A stretch of DNA of 64,000 nucleotides, taken from Cycas panzhihuaensis (Eukaryota > Plantae > Cycadophyta). Below, one piece after another: positions 1 to 15,257 of the stretch; within the stretch, counting starts at the first letter, position 1; each line of letters begins with the position of its first letter. Both the position numbers and the translations under genes were made by a program. Under the pieces are notes generated by a model. The model did no database searches. It had not been told where the DNA came from and saw only the letters and a program-made list of their open reading frames with translations. Location: contig CM041465.1 in NCBI GenBank assembly GCA_023213395.1, forward strand, positions 208,451,741-208,515,740. The letters are read 5' to 3'.

Positions 1-3000
1 ATTCTAAAATGCTACCTGAAAAGATATACTATAACTGCAACAAGCCAAATTGTATTAGAAAAAATTGTAGATTATTGTAGGCCAGTCACACTATAAAGAT
101 AGTTTATAGAATCAAGCTAATTAATAAAATATAGTAGTGTATCAAAGAGAGTCTAGCAATATTTGATATATCAATTCAAATGCTTCTAGACACATGATAT
201 TCGTGCTTGATTGGTTCAAGCACATATAGGAAGTAATAGGATATACTATTATTCTAATAGATAATAATATTTTAATTATCAAGGGCATAGGAGAGGTCCC
301 AATTATAACTCCAGATTGTGAAGATTATTTTATAGAGGATGTGTTGTACATGCCTAAGCTAAAGAAGAATATGGCTTTTGTTAATTAGATAGTGGACAAT
401 GTGATGAGTATTATCTTTAAAGATAGAAAGACCATTATTAGTGATCATGAAGGGAAAAATATCATGGAAGGTATAAGAGAAAGTCATCTTTACAGTCTAT
501 TAGGTAAGTCAATAAGCCAAAGAGCATATTTGACTACAAGTTTATTAAGTAAAATTTAGTTGTGGTATGAGAGATTAGGGTACTTGTACTTCCTTGGCAT
601 ATGCCTAATGAATAAGTTGAATATGATGCATGATCTCCTAAAGTTTAAGGTAGAAAAGTGTATTTGTAAACCCTATATTTAGGGGAAGAAGCATAAGGAA
701 AAGTTTCCTAAAGGCAAGGCTTGGTGGGCAACTAAAATATTGAGCCTAATCCACTCAAATATTTGTGGTCTTATGTAAATCAATTTTCTCAAAAGTGTAA
801 GATACTTCTTGACCTTTATTGATGATTTTTTTAGGAAGATCTAGGTATATCCCATAAAGGAGAAGTCCCAAGCATTTAATATAATTAAAGAATTATAGGA
901 AAAATTGGATAATAAATTGGTCAAAGGATTAAAATACTCAGATTAGATAAAGGGGGACAGTGTACCTTTAATGCCTCTATCTAATTCTATAAAGACCATG
1001 GGTTAAAGAAATAATTAATAACAGCATATGCCTTATAATAGAATGGTGTAGCTAAGAGGATGAATAGTAGATTAGTCAAAAAGGCTAAGTTGATGATGAA
1101 AGCTAAGAACCTCTTAAATATCTTTTGTATTGAAGTTATTTATGTAGTAGCATACCTAACTAACAAGAGTATTACAAAAGTTGTATAGAATAAAACACAC
1201 GAAGAATCATGGTAAGAATGTAAACCTATAGTGTGCCATCTTAGAATCTTTATAAGCATGGAATATATGTATATTCCCAAAGAGAAATGCCAAAAACTTG
1301 ATAATAAAAGTTCCAAATGTATCCTCATGGCATATAGGAGAGAAAGCAAAGCATATTAGTTATACAAGTTGGTAAGTAGGAAGGTACATATAACTCAGGA
1401 TGTCATCTTTGAAGAGGTTGACAAACAAGTTTTAGATTAGGATCCAAACCTAATACCTTAAAGATCTAATAAGATAAAGGAAAATAAATCAAGGAATATC
1501 TTGAATCTAGCTCTTTGAGACAATAATTTATTGAGCTAAAGACTAAGCCAAGGAGAAAGAAAAAAGAAGAAGAAGTTAAGGAGGAGGAGTATGAAGATGC
1601 TCAAGAAACATAACCTAAGGTCACTCCACCTACTAAAAAAATTCCTGAGTGGTATTTAAAAACCATGGTAAAAACTTAATTGCCCAAAATAGAAGGAAAA
1701 AGGAAGTTAAGGATAAGACTTAATATGGTTAATTTTGCTTTAATGATAGATGTGTTAAATGTTGATGAGCTTTCAAGTTTCGAGGAGGCTGACTAGTAAT
1801 AGAAGTGGAGGTCAATAATGTAAGTTAAAATTTAAGTTATTAAGTAAAGAAAGACTTGGGATTTAGTTGATTTGTTAATATAAAAGTAAGTAATTGGATG
1901 TAATTTAAGTAAATTAAAGGGATAGACTACTAGGAGACATTTACCCTAGTAGTAAAGATGGTGATAATTATATTGCTATTGGTAATAACTACTTAATTCA
2001 AATGGTAATTACACCATCTTGATGTCAAAAGCACCTCATTTAATGGATATCTTATAGAGGAAGTCTATATGGAGCTACCACTTATACATATTGTTAAAGG
2101 TAAAGAATATTTGATATGTCACTTGAAGATGTCACTTGAAGAAGGCTTTATATGGCCTTAAGTAGGCTCCAAGAGCCTAGTAATTTAAGATTTATCAATA
2201 TTTTCTAAATAATAGGTTTAAGAGGTCATTAATTCATCTAAGCCTATACAAAAAAGTTAAAGGAAACTTAGTAATCTTTGTAGTGCTATATGTAGATAAT
2301 CTTATGATCATAAGAAATGATAGCTCAAAGGTTGAAGACCTAAAGGATGATCTCAAGAAGACATTTGAGATGACATATCTTAAATTGTTCTACTACTTTT
2401 TGGGAGTGGAAGTGTAGAAGAAGCCTAAAAAAATCTTCATTTCATAAGCTAAATATACATGAGAATTTTTGAAGAGATTTATAATGGAGGAATCTAAACA
2501 TGTATATACCCCTATAGAAATAAGTTTAAAGTTGACAGCTCTAGATGATGATGAACAAGTAGGTATCACAATGTTCAAATAACTAGTTGGTAGTGCAATC
2601 TACTTAACCATGACTAGGTCTAACATTTCCTTTGTAGTTGGCATGGTGTCAAAGTTTATAGTTGAACTAAAGTAAATCCATTAGAAAGATGCAAATAATA
2701 TCTTAAGAATTTTATAGGGGATATTATACTTAAGATAGTAGAAAGTCCACTTCAAGATATTACTTCAGTTTGGGTTTTGTTGTTATCACTTAAAGCAACA
2801 TGAAGTATCCTAATATCACATTATCATCTACTAAGATGGAGTATAAAACTAATGTCATGGCAACTTATGAGCCCATTTGGTTGAGACTGATGCTTGGTGA
2901 TATGTAGCTTCATCAAGATGAGGCAACTATGTTATGTTATGATAATCAAGGTACTTTAAATATTGCTAAGAATCTAATGTTTCATTCTTATACCAAGCAT

Positions 3001-3470
3001 ATCAATGTTCATCATCATTTTATTTGAGAGTTGATTTAGAATGGAAAGGTTAAGCTTTTGTATAAATTAACAAAAGAATAGTTGGTTGATATATTCACTA
3101 AACCTTTATCCAGAGACAGGTTTGATAAATTCAAATCTTATATTGACATTAAAGCCAATGATATAAACATTAAGGGAGAATGTTAGATTAATCTTCATAT
3201 AGGACAAGGGTAATAGGTGAGTCATTAGGAGTTACAAAGCCCTTAATAGGCTTGTGACATGTGTTAGGACAATTACAAGTTCATGTTTAGATTATTATTA
3301 ATCCCACTTATATTAATATCCATATAGAACTCTTTTGTATCATGGAGAGTCATTCATAATGAATGAGCATTTAGTCTTTTTAGGTAAAATAATTCTACTT
3401 GATTAATCTTATGTAATTTTTATTAAATATTTGCATTGATTCCTATTTTAATTTGTAAAATCATAAAAAT
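1..3470 (+). mobile_element. Decayed Ty1/copia retrotransposon, 5'-truncated by the window edge (PR-INT-RT-RNaseH, PPT, 3' LTR)
   Basis: Degenerate motifs in copia order: YFLTFIDDF (~800-830), NGVAKRMN (~1040), HHLDVKS (~2010), LYVDNL (~2285), TKHINVHHHFI and VDIFTKPL (~2990-3105). PPT taagggagaa at 3171-3180 is followed by TGTTAG. LTR end is approximate. Confidence 0.9.
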
Positions 3471-3499
3471 ATCAAGAAAGGATAAAGATACTTCACTAT

Positions 3500-4947
3500 T
3501 CACCATGTCTATAGTAGAACTTGCATAGATTTCAAAAATACAGTAGGAATAAGGAAGTGATATGTATACCTAAGGAATCACTCAACGTCTACAAAATAAC
3601 TCCTTAATGTAAGACAAGAATTTTAAGTGGAAGGATAATACTTACTTGTATAAAAATCAGATATACCTTATTCATAATTCAACATTCAAGGAAATGGTGC
3701 TTCAAAAATATGATGCAATACCATCAATTGGTCATATTAGAGTGGGTAAAACATATTGTAATGTTAAACAATCCTTCTTTTGGAAGGGTTTAAAGAAAGA
3801 TATCCACTAACGTATGGCCAAATGCAATTCATACCAAAGGAATAAGGTAGAAGTAGTGAAGATCTTAGGCTTCTTGCAACCACTATATATTCTAAAATAA
3901 AAAAGAAAGGAAATATTATTAGATTTTATTACAACGTCTACCAAATTCAAAAGGGAATAACATCATTTTTTACTAGTGTATAGATTAAATAAATATGCCT
4001 ATTTCATAGGAATACAAGCTTTATTCAAAGCCAATTCATTAATTACAAAAGTTACCTAAGGTAATTATTAATGATTTTGATCCCAAGTTTATAAGCAATT
4101 TCTAAAAGGAGAACTCATTTTGATTAATTAGGACCAAACTAACCATGAGCATGGCTTACTGTCCATAGATAGATGGATAAATTAAAGTAGTAAATAAATG
4201 TTAGGAATATTATCTTTAATGTTTCACATAAGATAAATAGAGGCATTAACATAAATAGTTACATCTAGCAAAATTATGGTATAATGCCACTTATCATATA
4301 TCAATACAAATAACACCATTCATAGCACTTTATAGGTATGGTCCTCTGTCCCTTATTTATTTTGTCACATAAGTTAAGTTTCAAACTATTAAAGAATAAA
4401 TGGACAAAAAAAAGGGAGAAATTATGTGTAGTCTTAAGGATAATTTAAATATAACTAAGAATATGATAGAGCAACAACGGGACCTCCATCACTAAAAAAA
4501 AAATGAAATTAGTGATTGGGTGTTCTTAATATTACAACCATGCAAATAAGCCACCATGAGAAAATTCAGTAAACTAAATCTCCAACCCAAGTTTTATGGA
4601 CCTTTCCAAGTAATAAGAAGAATAGAAGAAGTTGCGTATCAATTGGACCTACCAAACACTCAAATATATAATGTGTTTCATGCATCCTCTTTAAAAAAGC
4701 AAATTGGGAAAGAGGTCAAAGCACAAATAACTTTATTAGAGCTTGTTAATGAAGGATCATTGTGATGTAATTAGAAGGCATTCTCGATACCCAGACTAAG
4801 CAATTATAGACAAAGTAAATCAAGGAATGTCTTGTAGAATAGAAAAATATGGAAGAGGAATGTATTAGGAGGATGAAAGTTGGCTTAAATAAAACCTATG
4901 TATCCTTAATGATTTGAGGAAAATGAATCTTCCAATGTGGGGAACTC
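3500..4947 (+). mobile_element. Decayed Ty3/gypsy (chromovirus-type) integrase plus chromodomain fragment
   Basis: Zn-finger/integrase remnants (GHIRVxKT, FFWKGLKKD, LLQPL); ORF 4556-4765 KLQPKFYGPF...AYQLDLP...IYNVFH (GPY/F motif); chromodomain-like remnant ~4770-4900; purine tract ~4936-4945. Confidence 0.85.
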
Positions 4948-5406
4948 GTTATATTCCAAAAATAATGGAATTGGAATAATTAATATTCAATTAGGAAATT
5001 GATATTTTGGAGGTAAAATTAGTGATAAGACTAATATGAATATAAATAACCATCTTATTCTCAAGAATAACCATCTTAGTTTTGGTTCTATACTTGCGAG
5101 GACTACCTCAGTAGCATTTAAATAGTCTCATCACCTCAAAGAGGGTTGTTATTCTATTACTTACATGGAGGAGGGTGGTAATAAAAATAGGAAAAAGGAA
5201 ATACTTCCTTTCTTCCTTAAGGGGCCATTATTAGCAATAAAAGTTTAAGAAATTATATGAAGCTCCATTATAGAAGAAAGTAGAGGGTTGACTATAAAGT
5301 ATGTATATCATTATGCTATAATGATATATGAAATTATAGAACTAAATAAAGACAACAAACTACTTTTGATAGAAGATTCTTAGGCAAACTCTAACTAAGA
5401 GTTATA
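4948..5406 (+). repeat. Probable LTR
   Basis: Follows a PPT-like tract, contains a TATA-like tataaa, and is followed at ~5411 by tggcaactc (resembles a tggcgactc-type PBS). No partner LTR was recognised. Confidence 0.4.
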
Positions 5407-5410
5407 TTAG

Positions 5411-6809
5411 TGGCAACTCATAAACTATGACCCAATGTAGGTACAAGGAGGAGGAGTGATTTTCCAAGTAGGATCAGATGGGGAAGAAATACAATCAGAG
5501 TATAATGAAATAATAAAATAAGGGTTTAAGTCATACTCCTCAGTGCAATTAGAATGATGGCCTTATTCTTTAAGATTTTAGGGTAGGGTTGTGAGTCCAC
5601 CTAGTTCTGTATCTATATAAATGCATCCTTCCACATGGATGAAGAAGTTCCATTAGGTGAAGTAGTACTTGAAGATTAAATATGAATAGTTATGCTAGGC
5701 CATGAAAAAGTAACATAACATAACATTGTAGTTTGTAGTGGTAATAAAAAGGGCAAAGTAATTCCCTCATGCATTCATATTATTGGAATATAGAGAGAGA
5801 ATAATTTATATGGATATAGACTACTATTTAACAAAGGAACCCATGGAAATAGTAGTAATCTATTATGCATAACCTCCTCATATTCAAAATATTAATATGG
5901 GAATAGTCAACAATCTCCAATAATTAATGTTGGGAGATTATTAGGACTTTAGCATAGGGGAAAGTGTTGGGGCATTATTCATAGAATTTAAATATGTTTT
6001 CTTTTGGACATATCAAGATCTTAAAGAGATATCTCCCAAATATAGATGGAAAAATATTCCACTAATTGAAGGGGCTCAATTACTCAAATAGAGACCCCAC
6101 TAAATGAAATGTAAATTTTATTTATCCTATAGAAAATAGAAATTATGATAGTATTATCATAGTGGTCTCAAAGAAAAATGGTAAATTACATCTTGACATG
6201 GTTTACTTATGGTTGAATGCAATAATAAAGTCAAATATATTTCCCATGTCATTCAAGGATTAAAATTTAGTCCAAGTAATTAGACTTGAATATTATTCAT
6301 TTATAAATAGATTTAATAGCTATAGCCAAGTATCCATAGTAGAGGAAGATCAAGCTAAAATTACTTTTATAATATAATGAGGGACTTATGCTTATAAGGT
6401 CATGCCATTTAGGTTGTGTAATGCCCTAGTGATGTTTTAAGAAACCATATTAAAAATCTTTAAATAGTATTTAAAGAAGTATCCATCTATCTTCCTAAAT
6501 GATTAGACATTATATTATTTGTTAGGGTATTACCTAGACTACCTTAGAGAATTTCAAACTCATAGAAAAATGGGATTATGTTTGAATTCTAAAATATGTG
6601 GTTTTTTAGTCCCTTTTGGTCAACTATTAAGATATATACTAGCAAAGATAATTTGCTTACAATCCATAAAGAGTCAAAATATTCTCAATGGTCTAAACAT
6701 CAATGTTTGCTAGAAATATTTAAGCTTGTTTAGGATATACAAGATGCTACAAAAGTTCTGTAAAAGTTATGCTTTCATTATAGCCACTTTGAAGAAGTTA
6801 TTATAAAAA
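5411..6809 (+). mobile_element. Old non-chromoviral gypsy, 5' part (PR/RT), interrupted by a nested element
   Basis: RT remnant GTYAYKVMPF(G)LCNA(P) at ~6380-6430; the frame runs to ...LKKLL at 6800 and resumes in RNase H after 12404. Confidence 0.75.
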
Positions 6810-9800
6810 TGTAGTAAGTTAAGTCAAACTAATGGACTAAAGACAGTTATAAATAAGATATAACATAAGTGAATATAAGGGATATTATTATTATAAAACC
6901 TTATTTTTGGAACCCCTATGTCTAAGAAAAACTTAGCACTTGGGCTTTTGACTCATTCCTTTGGTATGAGAGCAAGAATAGCAAGGGCATTGGATCAATA
7001 ACATCACATAGTCCATATATATTTTGTATCTGTACGAGCACCCTCTGAATGTTCTACTACCTCAGTGGATCATGTGTTTGTAGATGTCTCTATCTGTTTA
7101 GCTTTTATGTAAATGTAGCTTCTTGGAACTGGTTTAGATCTATACCTAGTTTTTGTTAATCTATGTCTTGGTTTCATAGTTCTCATTTAAATCTATGGTT
7201 GTGTTCACCATGGTTGCATCAATGAGAGAATTCCTTTATCTCTATCAGGTATATCTCACTATATGATTATTGCAGTGAGGTGCATGTGTTAGATATGCAG
7301 TGTCGAGTATTTGGGGTTGCATAGTATATTTGGATCAAAGCTGCATACAATTTATATTCCAGGTGATGCATGTTGGTCACTACCTACCTTTGACCTTTGT
7401 TCTCTCAGTTCCTTTGGCTATGTTTATCTGAATAGTGTAGATATATATTTTGATCCCAATCTCTCAATACCTATAATCAAAACAACGAAGACCAACGTGG
7501 GGAGCAGTATCAAAGTTGTATTAGTTATTATTAGGAGTAAAGGTATATTACATAAACACAGAGCCATCAACCATTAGAACTGTGCCCAAACAATAGTGGT
7601 ATATCAACCATTGGCCATCATTGACAGCATCAACATAGGTGAAGGTGTGTTGCACAAAAGTCATAATAAATCATTGATATGTATTCTTTAGGTAAGTCCT
7701 CTACATTATTTAGCTCTATTATTTTATTTTATTTAAGCTAGATAACTTATCATATTATATGCATACACCCTATTTTTATTTGTTTACTTCATGTGATTGT
7801 TATTATCTTTAGTTGATTATTATGTTGTCCTCATTACTCTTATGTCATTAGTAGACAAGGATAATACTTTATGTAAATTTGCCTCATTTAGTGTTACATA
7901 CCTTATGTTATCATTTTGTGTTTAAGTTATGGTCTAGTTTAGATATTTATATTATCCACTAATTTCTTGTACATCATTAGTGACCTCCTTAATAAACTCC
8001 TGCCCTCATTATCATTTAATTATTAGTCCCTTAGTTCTTATCACACTCAAAAATAAAATCATTAAGGAGCAACTAGAGTTTTAGGTTAAGGTTCTTGGCA
8101 AAGTTATAATTAACAACCCTTATTAAGAGAACCCAAACTCAAGATCCCAAACTAGAAGATCGCATAGAGAATATTACCACATCTTGGTAAGTAGTTTGTT
8201 ATTAGTATTGTAACTTAAGGCTCTAGCTCCCATCATAGATAAGGTAGTAAAAGATATAGAACAAGTACAAGAAATTATACAATTTAATAGCCACTTGAGA
8301 GAAGCCATTTTTGAAATAGTAGTACATGCCATTGACTACTATGGTGAGTTAAGAAAGCTAATATAAATAAGCATCATTTAGGAGTATAATAAAGCCTTCT
8401 CTAGATTAGTATATATAGTAAGTGATCCAATTATACATAAATGGTATCTCCATAGACATCCAAGTAGATACTCAAATTATCAACCCCCAAAACCTGAACA
8501 AAGTTATGAGTTTGGCTTGCAATTTCAAAAATAAGGTTAATGCCCTACACAACTCAAAATAAAGCACCTACATTTCCCCATTTGCATGGGAAATCACAAG
8601 TAAAACTTGAGACACTAAGGGACTAAGTAAACAGATAACTAGGGACATCAACCTTAGGAGGCATATATTATAATGATCTAAGAGAGAATAAGAGGAACTT
8701 AGAAGTAAGGGATTATGTTTTAGATGTATAAAAAAATTAGACCTCGCACACAAATACACTAGAAATCAACATTATATGATAGAATAAGAATCAAAAGAGG
8801 ATATTAAAGATGATGAGATAGATTAAAAATCCTTACAAGAAACCCCTGACATAGAAGAAGATCCCCCTCCCCCCCCAATATCCTCCTCAACCATGCTAGG
8901 ATCAACAAGGACCAACATACTTAAGTTACAAGGCTATATTAAGAAGGAGTTGATGACTATATTACTTGATCTTGGAAGCATCCATAACTTCATAGATTGA
9001 TTAACAACCTAATTTTTAAAGTTATTCTCAACTAAGATAACCAAGTTCCAAGTCAGCATCGGTAAGAAGTTATAAATACCTAGCCAAGAAAAGCTTGAAA
9101 ACCTTAATTTAGAAATTGGAGACACATCCTTTAAGAAAATGTTTTGTATTATAGATGTAGGTAGAGTTCATGTAGTACTAGGGTGTTAGTGGTTTATAAC
9201 ACTTAGAACTATCAAAATGAAACTATATAAACTCTTCATGTAATATAACCAAGAAGGAAAATTAATCATATTATAAGGGCAATAACTATGAGAAATGAAG
9301 ATAGTATCATCATAATAAATGAAAAAACTTCTTTGAAAAGGATACATTAGTATGGTGGCATAATTGTTTTCCTTACAAATAGAAATAGAGGATATTGTGG
9401 ATGAATCACAAGTATAAGAAATAATATATAACTATAAAGTGCTTTTTTAAGATCTTCCCATAAAGTTATCCCTTGATCATGGGATGGAACACTTTATCAA
9501 ACTAGAAAATGGAATAAACTCAATAACAATTAAACCTTACAAATATCCACATCATTATAGAAATGAGATAGGAAAAAAATATAAGACCTACTAAACCATG
9601 GAGCACTAGTACTGAGTAAAAGTCCATCTCCATCACCTATTATTATGGTAAAAAAAAAGGGTCATTTTACATGTGTATCAACTATTACACCCTTAACAAA
9701 GTCACCATAAAAAATTGCTTCCTAATCCTAAGGATTAATCAGCTATTATATGAGTTGCATAGGGTAAAATATTTCACAAAAATTAACCCTTGGTCAGGAT

Positions 9801-12403
9801 ATCACCAATTAGATTTAATGAAGAAGACACTCTAAAGACAACATTTTATACTCATCATGGCCATTATGAATTCAAGGTAATGCCTTTGGGCTCACCAATG
9901 CACTAGCCACATTCCAAGTAAGGATAAATAAGGTTTTAGCCCTAATGTTATGAAAATTTTCACTTGTCTTCTTTGATGATATTTTGATATATAATTGAAA
10001 GTAGAAGGAATACATCACTCACATCAAGAAGGTCCTAAATCTACTATAAGAAAACTAATTATTTATAAAATTCTCTAAATGTAGCTTTGCCAAAAAAGAG
10101 GTGGAATACCTAGGAAATATCATATCTAATAAAGGACTCAAGGTGGATCTCGCAAAGATTAACGCAATCATTAAATGGTCCACTCCTAAGAATATCACTA
10201 AACTAAGGGGATTTCTAGTATTTATAAGGTATTATTGATGCTTTATAAGGAACTAGTATAATAAACTACAACCCTTACAAACCTCTTAAAAAAAGACTCC
10301 TTCTAATAAAGCATAAAAGTTAAAGAATACTTTTAATAGTTGAAGGAAACAACAATAACTATACTTATACAAACATCTCTAGATTTCTATAAACCCTTTG
10401 TCCTTAAATATGATGCCTCAAGTATAGGTATTGGGGTTATGCTTATGTAAGAAGGAAGACCCATGGGCTTTGAAAGTAGGAAACTTAATACAATAAAGTA
10501 ACTTTAATTGACATACAATAAGGAAATACTAGTAATAATATATGCTTTATATAAATGATAATAATACCTCCTAAGAAGCAAATGTATAATTAAAATAGAT
10601 CATAATAGTCTCCAATACATTTTAAAACAAAAGGATTTATCTCTAAAATAATAAAAATAGGTTATCAAAATATAAGCTTATGACTTCAACATTACTTACA
10701 AAAGGGGTAAGTTAAATGTTATGGCAAATGCACTCTCTCAAAGAGTATAAGAAGAGGAAGATGCCCAATTATATAGCATTACAATGTTTAACCCTAGTTA
10801 GATAATTGATCTCTAAGCCAAATATAAAAAGATTACCAAAACCCATGAATTGATTACAAGAATACAACAATGAGTTCGAAATAAATACAAATGGAAGAAT
10901 GACCTCATTTTGTATAAAGGAAGAAAAATTTTAGACTCTAACTCTAAGATCAAGGAATAAATCATGGTGGAATGTCGTGTAGTACCAATGTCAAGGCATA
11001 CTAGATTTTCTTAAAAACCTACCTCACATGTAGGTAGTCATTCTTCTTGAAAGATATTAAGAATGACATTAAAAAATATATGGCAAAATGTCCATCCTAC
11101 TAGGCAAATAAATACGAAAATGTAGCACCACCAAACCTATTATAACTATTACACATTCTATAATAAAAATGCTAAAACATTAGCATGGACCTTGTAATAA
11201 GGTTATTAACATCTTATAGTAAGGACACAAATTTTCTTATAGTTGGCCAATTAACTAACTTTACTTCATATCAATTTAGTCAACTTGTTGAGTACCATAA
11301 ATTACAAAAGTATTTATGTAAAAGATACATATATTACATAGGATACTACACATAATCATCTATCAGTAGGATCTCAGATTCATGAGTCACTTTTGGCAAA
11401 AAATATTTAAACAAGTTAGCACCACAATATCCATGAGTACAAGTTATCATCCACAAACAAATGGGCAAACAAAAGTATTTTAAAAATTCTTAGAAGGCTA
11501 TTTAAAAAATTATGTCATTAATATAAAAAATACATGGGTTAGATAGTTACACCACATAGAATCATGGTGTAATTTCACATACTAGTTGTCCATTAAAATG
11601 TCTTTATTTAGGGCCTTTTATGGTCATAGTCAAACATCTCCTAAGGAATGGGTACTCAAAGATCATTGCATAGCACAATAAGGGATTATTTATAAGACAC
11701 CCAAGACACTCTATAGGTCCTAAAGGAGCATTTAATAATAGCATAAAATATAATGAAATAATAAAATGATAAATATTAAATTGAAAGGGAATTTGATATA
11801 GGTTATTAAGTATACATTTATTTACAACTTTATAAATAAGACTTTTTAAAAACAACTTAATGGGAAAAGCTTAGCCCTAGGTTCTATGGATTATATCAAG
11901 TCCAAAAGAAGATTAAACAAGTAGCATATGCCTTGGATATACCAACATCCACTAGGATACACAACGCCTTTCATGTCTCATGCTTAAAAAAGAATTAGAA
12001 GAACATGTACCAATTCAAATTGAAATACTAGTGTTAAATGATAAAAAGAAGTTAACCCTCATAATTGAATCAATCTTCTAAACATGAGAAAAACAACTAT
12101 GTAGGAGGACCATAAAAGAATACTTAGTTGAATAACACTAATTACCAATCAAATATGCCATTTAGGAAATAGTAGATATATTACAAAAATATTCAACACT
12201 CCAAAATTATTACTTTAAGGATAAAGTATCCTAAGGAGGGGAGAATTACAATAAATCAAGTCAATTTTGTCAAATAGACTAAGTCAATTTTGGCCAATGG
12301 ACCAAAAGACACCTATAAATAGGACATAATACAAGATAATGGATTCTATTTATGAAATCTTATTTTTGGAATACCTATATCTTATACTGACTTGATTTAT
12401 TAT
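6810..12403 (+). mobile_element. Nested decayed chromoviral gypsy (gag-PR-RT-RH-INT-chromodomain) with shortened 3' LTR
   Basis: LTR similarity between 6810-6923 and 12247-12384. Protease LLDLGSIHNFID ~8960; RT GHYEFKVMP and VFFDDILIY ~9860-9995; RNaseH YDAS..GIG ~10410; INT MSTSYHPQTNGQT ~11433; PPT ggagggggagaa 12234-12245. Confidence 0.85.
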
Positions 12404-14120
12404 AGAAAAAGTGAGGAATTTCACTAGGAAGAAAAGTAAAGGAACTCCTTCCAACAATTAAAGGTATTAATATCGATGTTGCAACATCTAAATTAGAGAA
12501 AAGGTTTCCACTTACATGCGAATGCATCATAGAAGATTATTGGGTGTATTTTGGCATAGCTAAAAGAAAGTGAATTTGATCACCTCTACTATTTTGTAAG
12601 TTATAGACTCATTATAGTAAAGAGGAACACTTTGGTGATATAAAAGGAAGTAGTAAGCATGGTTTATGCCCTTCAAAATTTTTGAAATTACTTATTGGAA
12701 ACCCTTTTCACATTTTGAGCAGATAACAAGACTTGTTATATTTACTAAATAAACCTATTTTGTAAAGTAGAATCAATTGTTAGATTATTTGATTCTAGGA
12801 ATTCTAGTTCTACATTATGGTAAAATGAAGAGCATTACATGTAGGGCTAAATCACTTTTTTAAAATCATGGTAGAAGAATTTATGAAAGGAGTCCCATAT
12901 GAATTTTTTACTGGAAGATTATTTAAATGGAACTACTCCTAATTATTTGGAAGAAACTTAAGGATTTTTAAAACACTAGGAAATTCCAAGAAGACATGAG
13001 AGTAAAAAAAAAAAAACTTATTATTACCCCATATTAGTTAATTAATGGCTAATTCTATTACATGAGTTTCGATTCCATTATTAGGAAATGTATGTTATCT
13101 CATGGAGTTATCACAATGGTGGTAGAGATACATGAAGGTGCCATTCAAGGACATATGAGTCATAAGATAACATCGTAGAAAAGTATAACACGTAGGCATG
13201 TGGTAGTTAGCTTTGTTTTAAGATATTGAATTATTTACCAAAAATTATTATGTATATCAAAAATAAGAAAACCCATAAGGAAGGTTACATGTCTTTGACC
13301 ACAATGATAGTCCATAAACACTTTGAGAAATGGGAGCTAGATTTTATTTGCCCTATTAGTCTTATATTAAGGAGACTTGGCACTCAATACGTTAGTTGGC
13401 ATAGAAATTTTAATTAAATGGGTAATAGCTCAAGCTTCCATTAGAAATAATTAATGATCAAGGAATACACTTCATAAATAAGGTAATGAAGAATTTAATA
13501 GATGATTTCATGGTGGATTAAGAAAAGTGCATTATATTACCTAAGAACCAATGGAGTAACTTAATATTTAAGCCAAGTTATTTGTAAAGCCTTAATAAAA
13601 ATTTATGATGTTGGTGACTATAATTAGGTAAAAAATATTCACTTAGTTTTATGAGCATTTTACATCATGATGAAATAAGATATTAGATGTACACCTTTCC
13701 AACTAGTATTTGGAATGGATGTAGTGGTCCTAATTAAATTTGTGATACCTAATCTAAGGATAGCCATCAATTATCACATGCAAAATATTGAGTAATTAAA
13801 ACACTAGTTGCAAGACCTATTAAAGATGGATGAAACCTATCTACTTCCATAGTGGTCCATAAATATAGAAGAGGACTAGCAAAAAATGTCACGCAATTAA
13901 TGGATTAAATAAGTAGAGTTCATATTCAAATATTCAGTGCTATTATATGATGGTAAATTTAAGGCAAAGCCTACAAAGCTTAAGATCTTATAAAGAGGAA
14001 CCTATTACCTAGGTAAGGTATTGAGTAGTGGAGCAATACACCTAAGGGACCAAGTTGGGAAGCCCTTAGTTACACTAGAGAATGATAGTTGCCTTTATTA
14101 TTATTATTCAAATAAAGGCT
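12404..14120 (+). mobile_element. Continuation of the old gypsy (RNase H and integrase)
   Basis: RNaseH-like FHLHA(D)AS ~12505; MVYALQ(K)F ~12660; integrase FEKW(G)LDFI(G)PI ~13320; TPFQLVFG ~13690. Confidence 0.75.
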
Positions 14121-15099
14121 AAATTAAAGAAGATTTGGTACAAGGAAAATTTTTCAACATCCTCAAAGATGAAATTTTCTTCTATTGTAATAATAGTCCA
14201 TGAAGTAGTAATTAGTGATAGATTTATGATATGTTCATAATAGATTCTAGAAAAGAGTAAGGATGATGTTTCTATATAAAGACTGGATCCACCACAAATC
14301 TTAAAGATAATAATAGAGATGCATCAATGTCAAACTCCATTATAAATTCTCTAATAAGTCGATAACAAGTTCACCATGGAACCCAAAATATATGACAATG
14401 ATGTAATTGTGAGGATGGTTTTATGATATATTCACCATAGTTCATGATAAAGTAATGATACAGTTATGTATTACTACCTAACTCCCAAAAAAAACCACTC
14501 AAATAATTTTAGGGTGATGATCATCACAAAATCTTAAGGAGTAGGTTCTATGGTATGACAATCTCTATGATGCTTATGGGTCCCACCATGTCATTAAAAA
14601 AGTTGAATAATAGAAAAACATATGACGTTAATAAAATAGTATAGTATTAATGAGGAAAATGTATAGTATTAATAAGCAAGTAAATTAATTAATAAAAAGG
14701 TATATGGTTAAGATAATGATAATCATACATATATGTAAAATGATAGTTTCCATCATTAAACAAACTATTGTGATTAATGCAAAGTAAGCAATTATGAAAG
14801 GATTCATCTATCTAATTAAGCAAGATGGCCACACTGTTGAGTTCACTTCCAATCATCCCATCAACCATCTCTACCATACTAGTTGTAAGTGGAGACTCTT
14901 TGATTCAAGAAATGTTGTAAATAAACTCAAAAAAAACATCCACTACTTGATAATGTAATGATTTAGGAATATAAAAGTTGTGGGTTAAACTAGCAACAAA
15001 TTATGTAGCATGATAAGCCATCTTCATGGCCAATTTTGATAAGTCCATAGTCTCATATATTCTAAGAATTTCCTATGATCTTATAGTATCCATGGTTCA

Positions 15100-15257
15100 A
15101 AACTTTTCTATTGAAAGAAGAGCTTTTATTCTCTAAAATCGAGAAATCAAAGTCTCTACAAAAGGGTTGGTTAAATTTTTGGCTTGGTAATAAAAGGACT
15201 CTACATTAATTTAAAGATGGAATGTTAAATGATGAACTATGTGAAGAGTGCTACACT
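15100..15257 (-). mobile_element. Very decayed copia RNase H tail, host of the 15258 insertion
   Basis: The minus strand resembles the Q.AD..TKPL end of copia RNase H; further weak RNase H-like sequence lies at 22732-22920. Confidence 0.3.
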
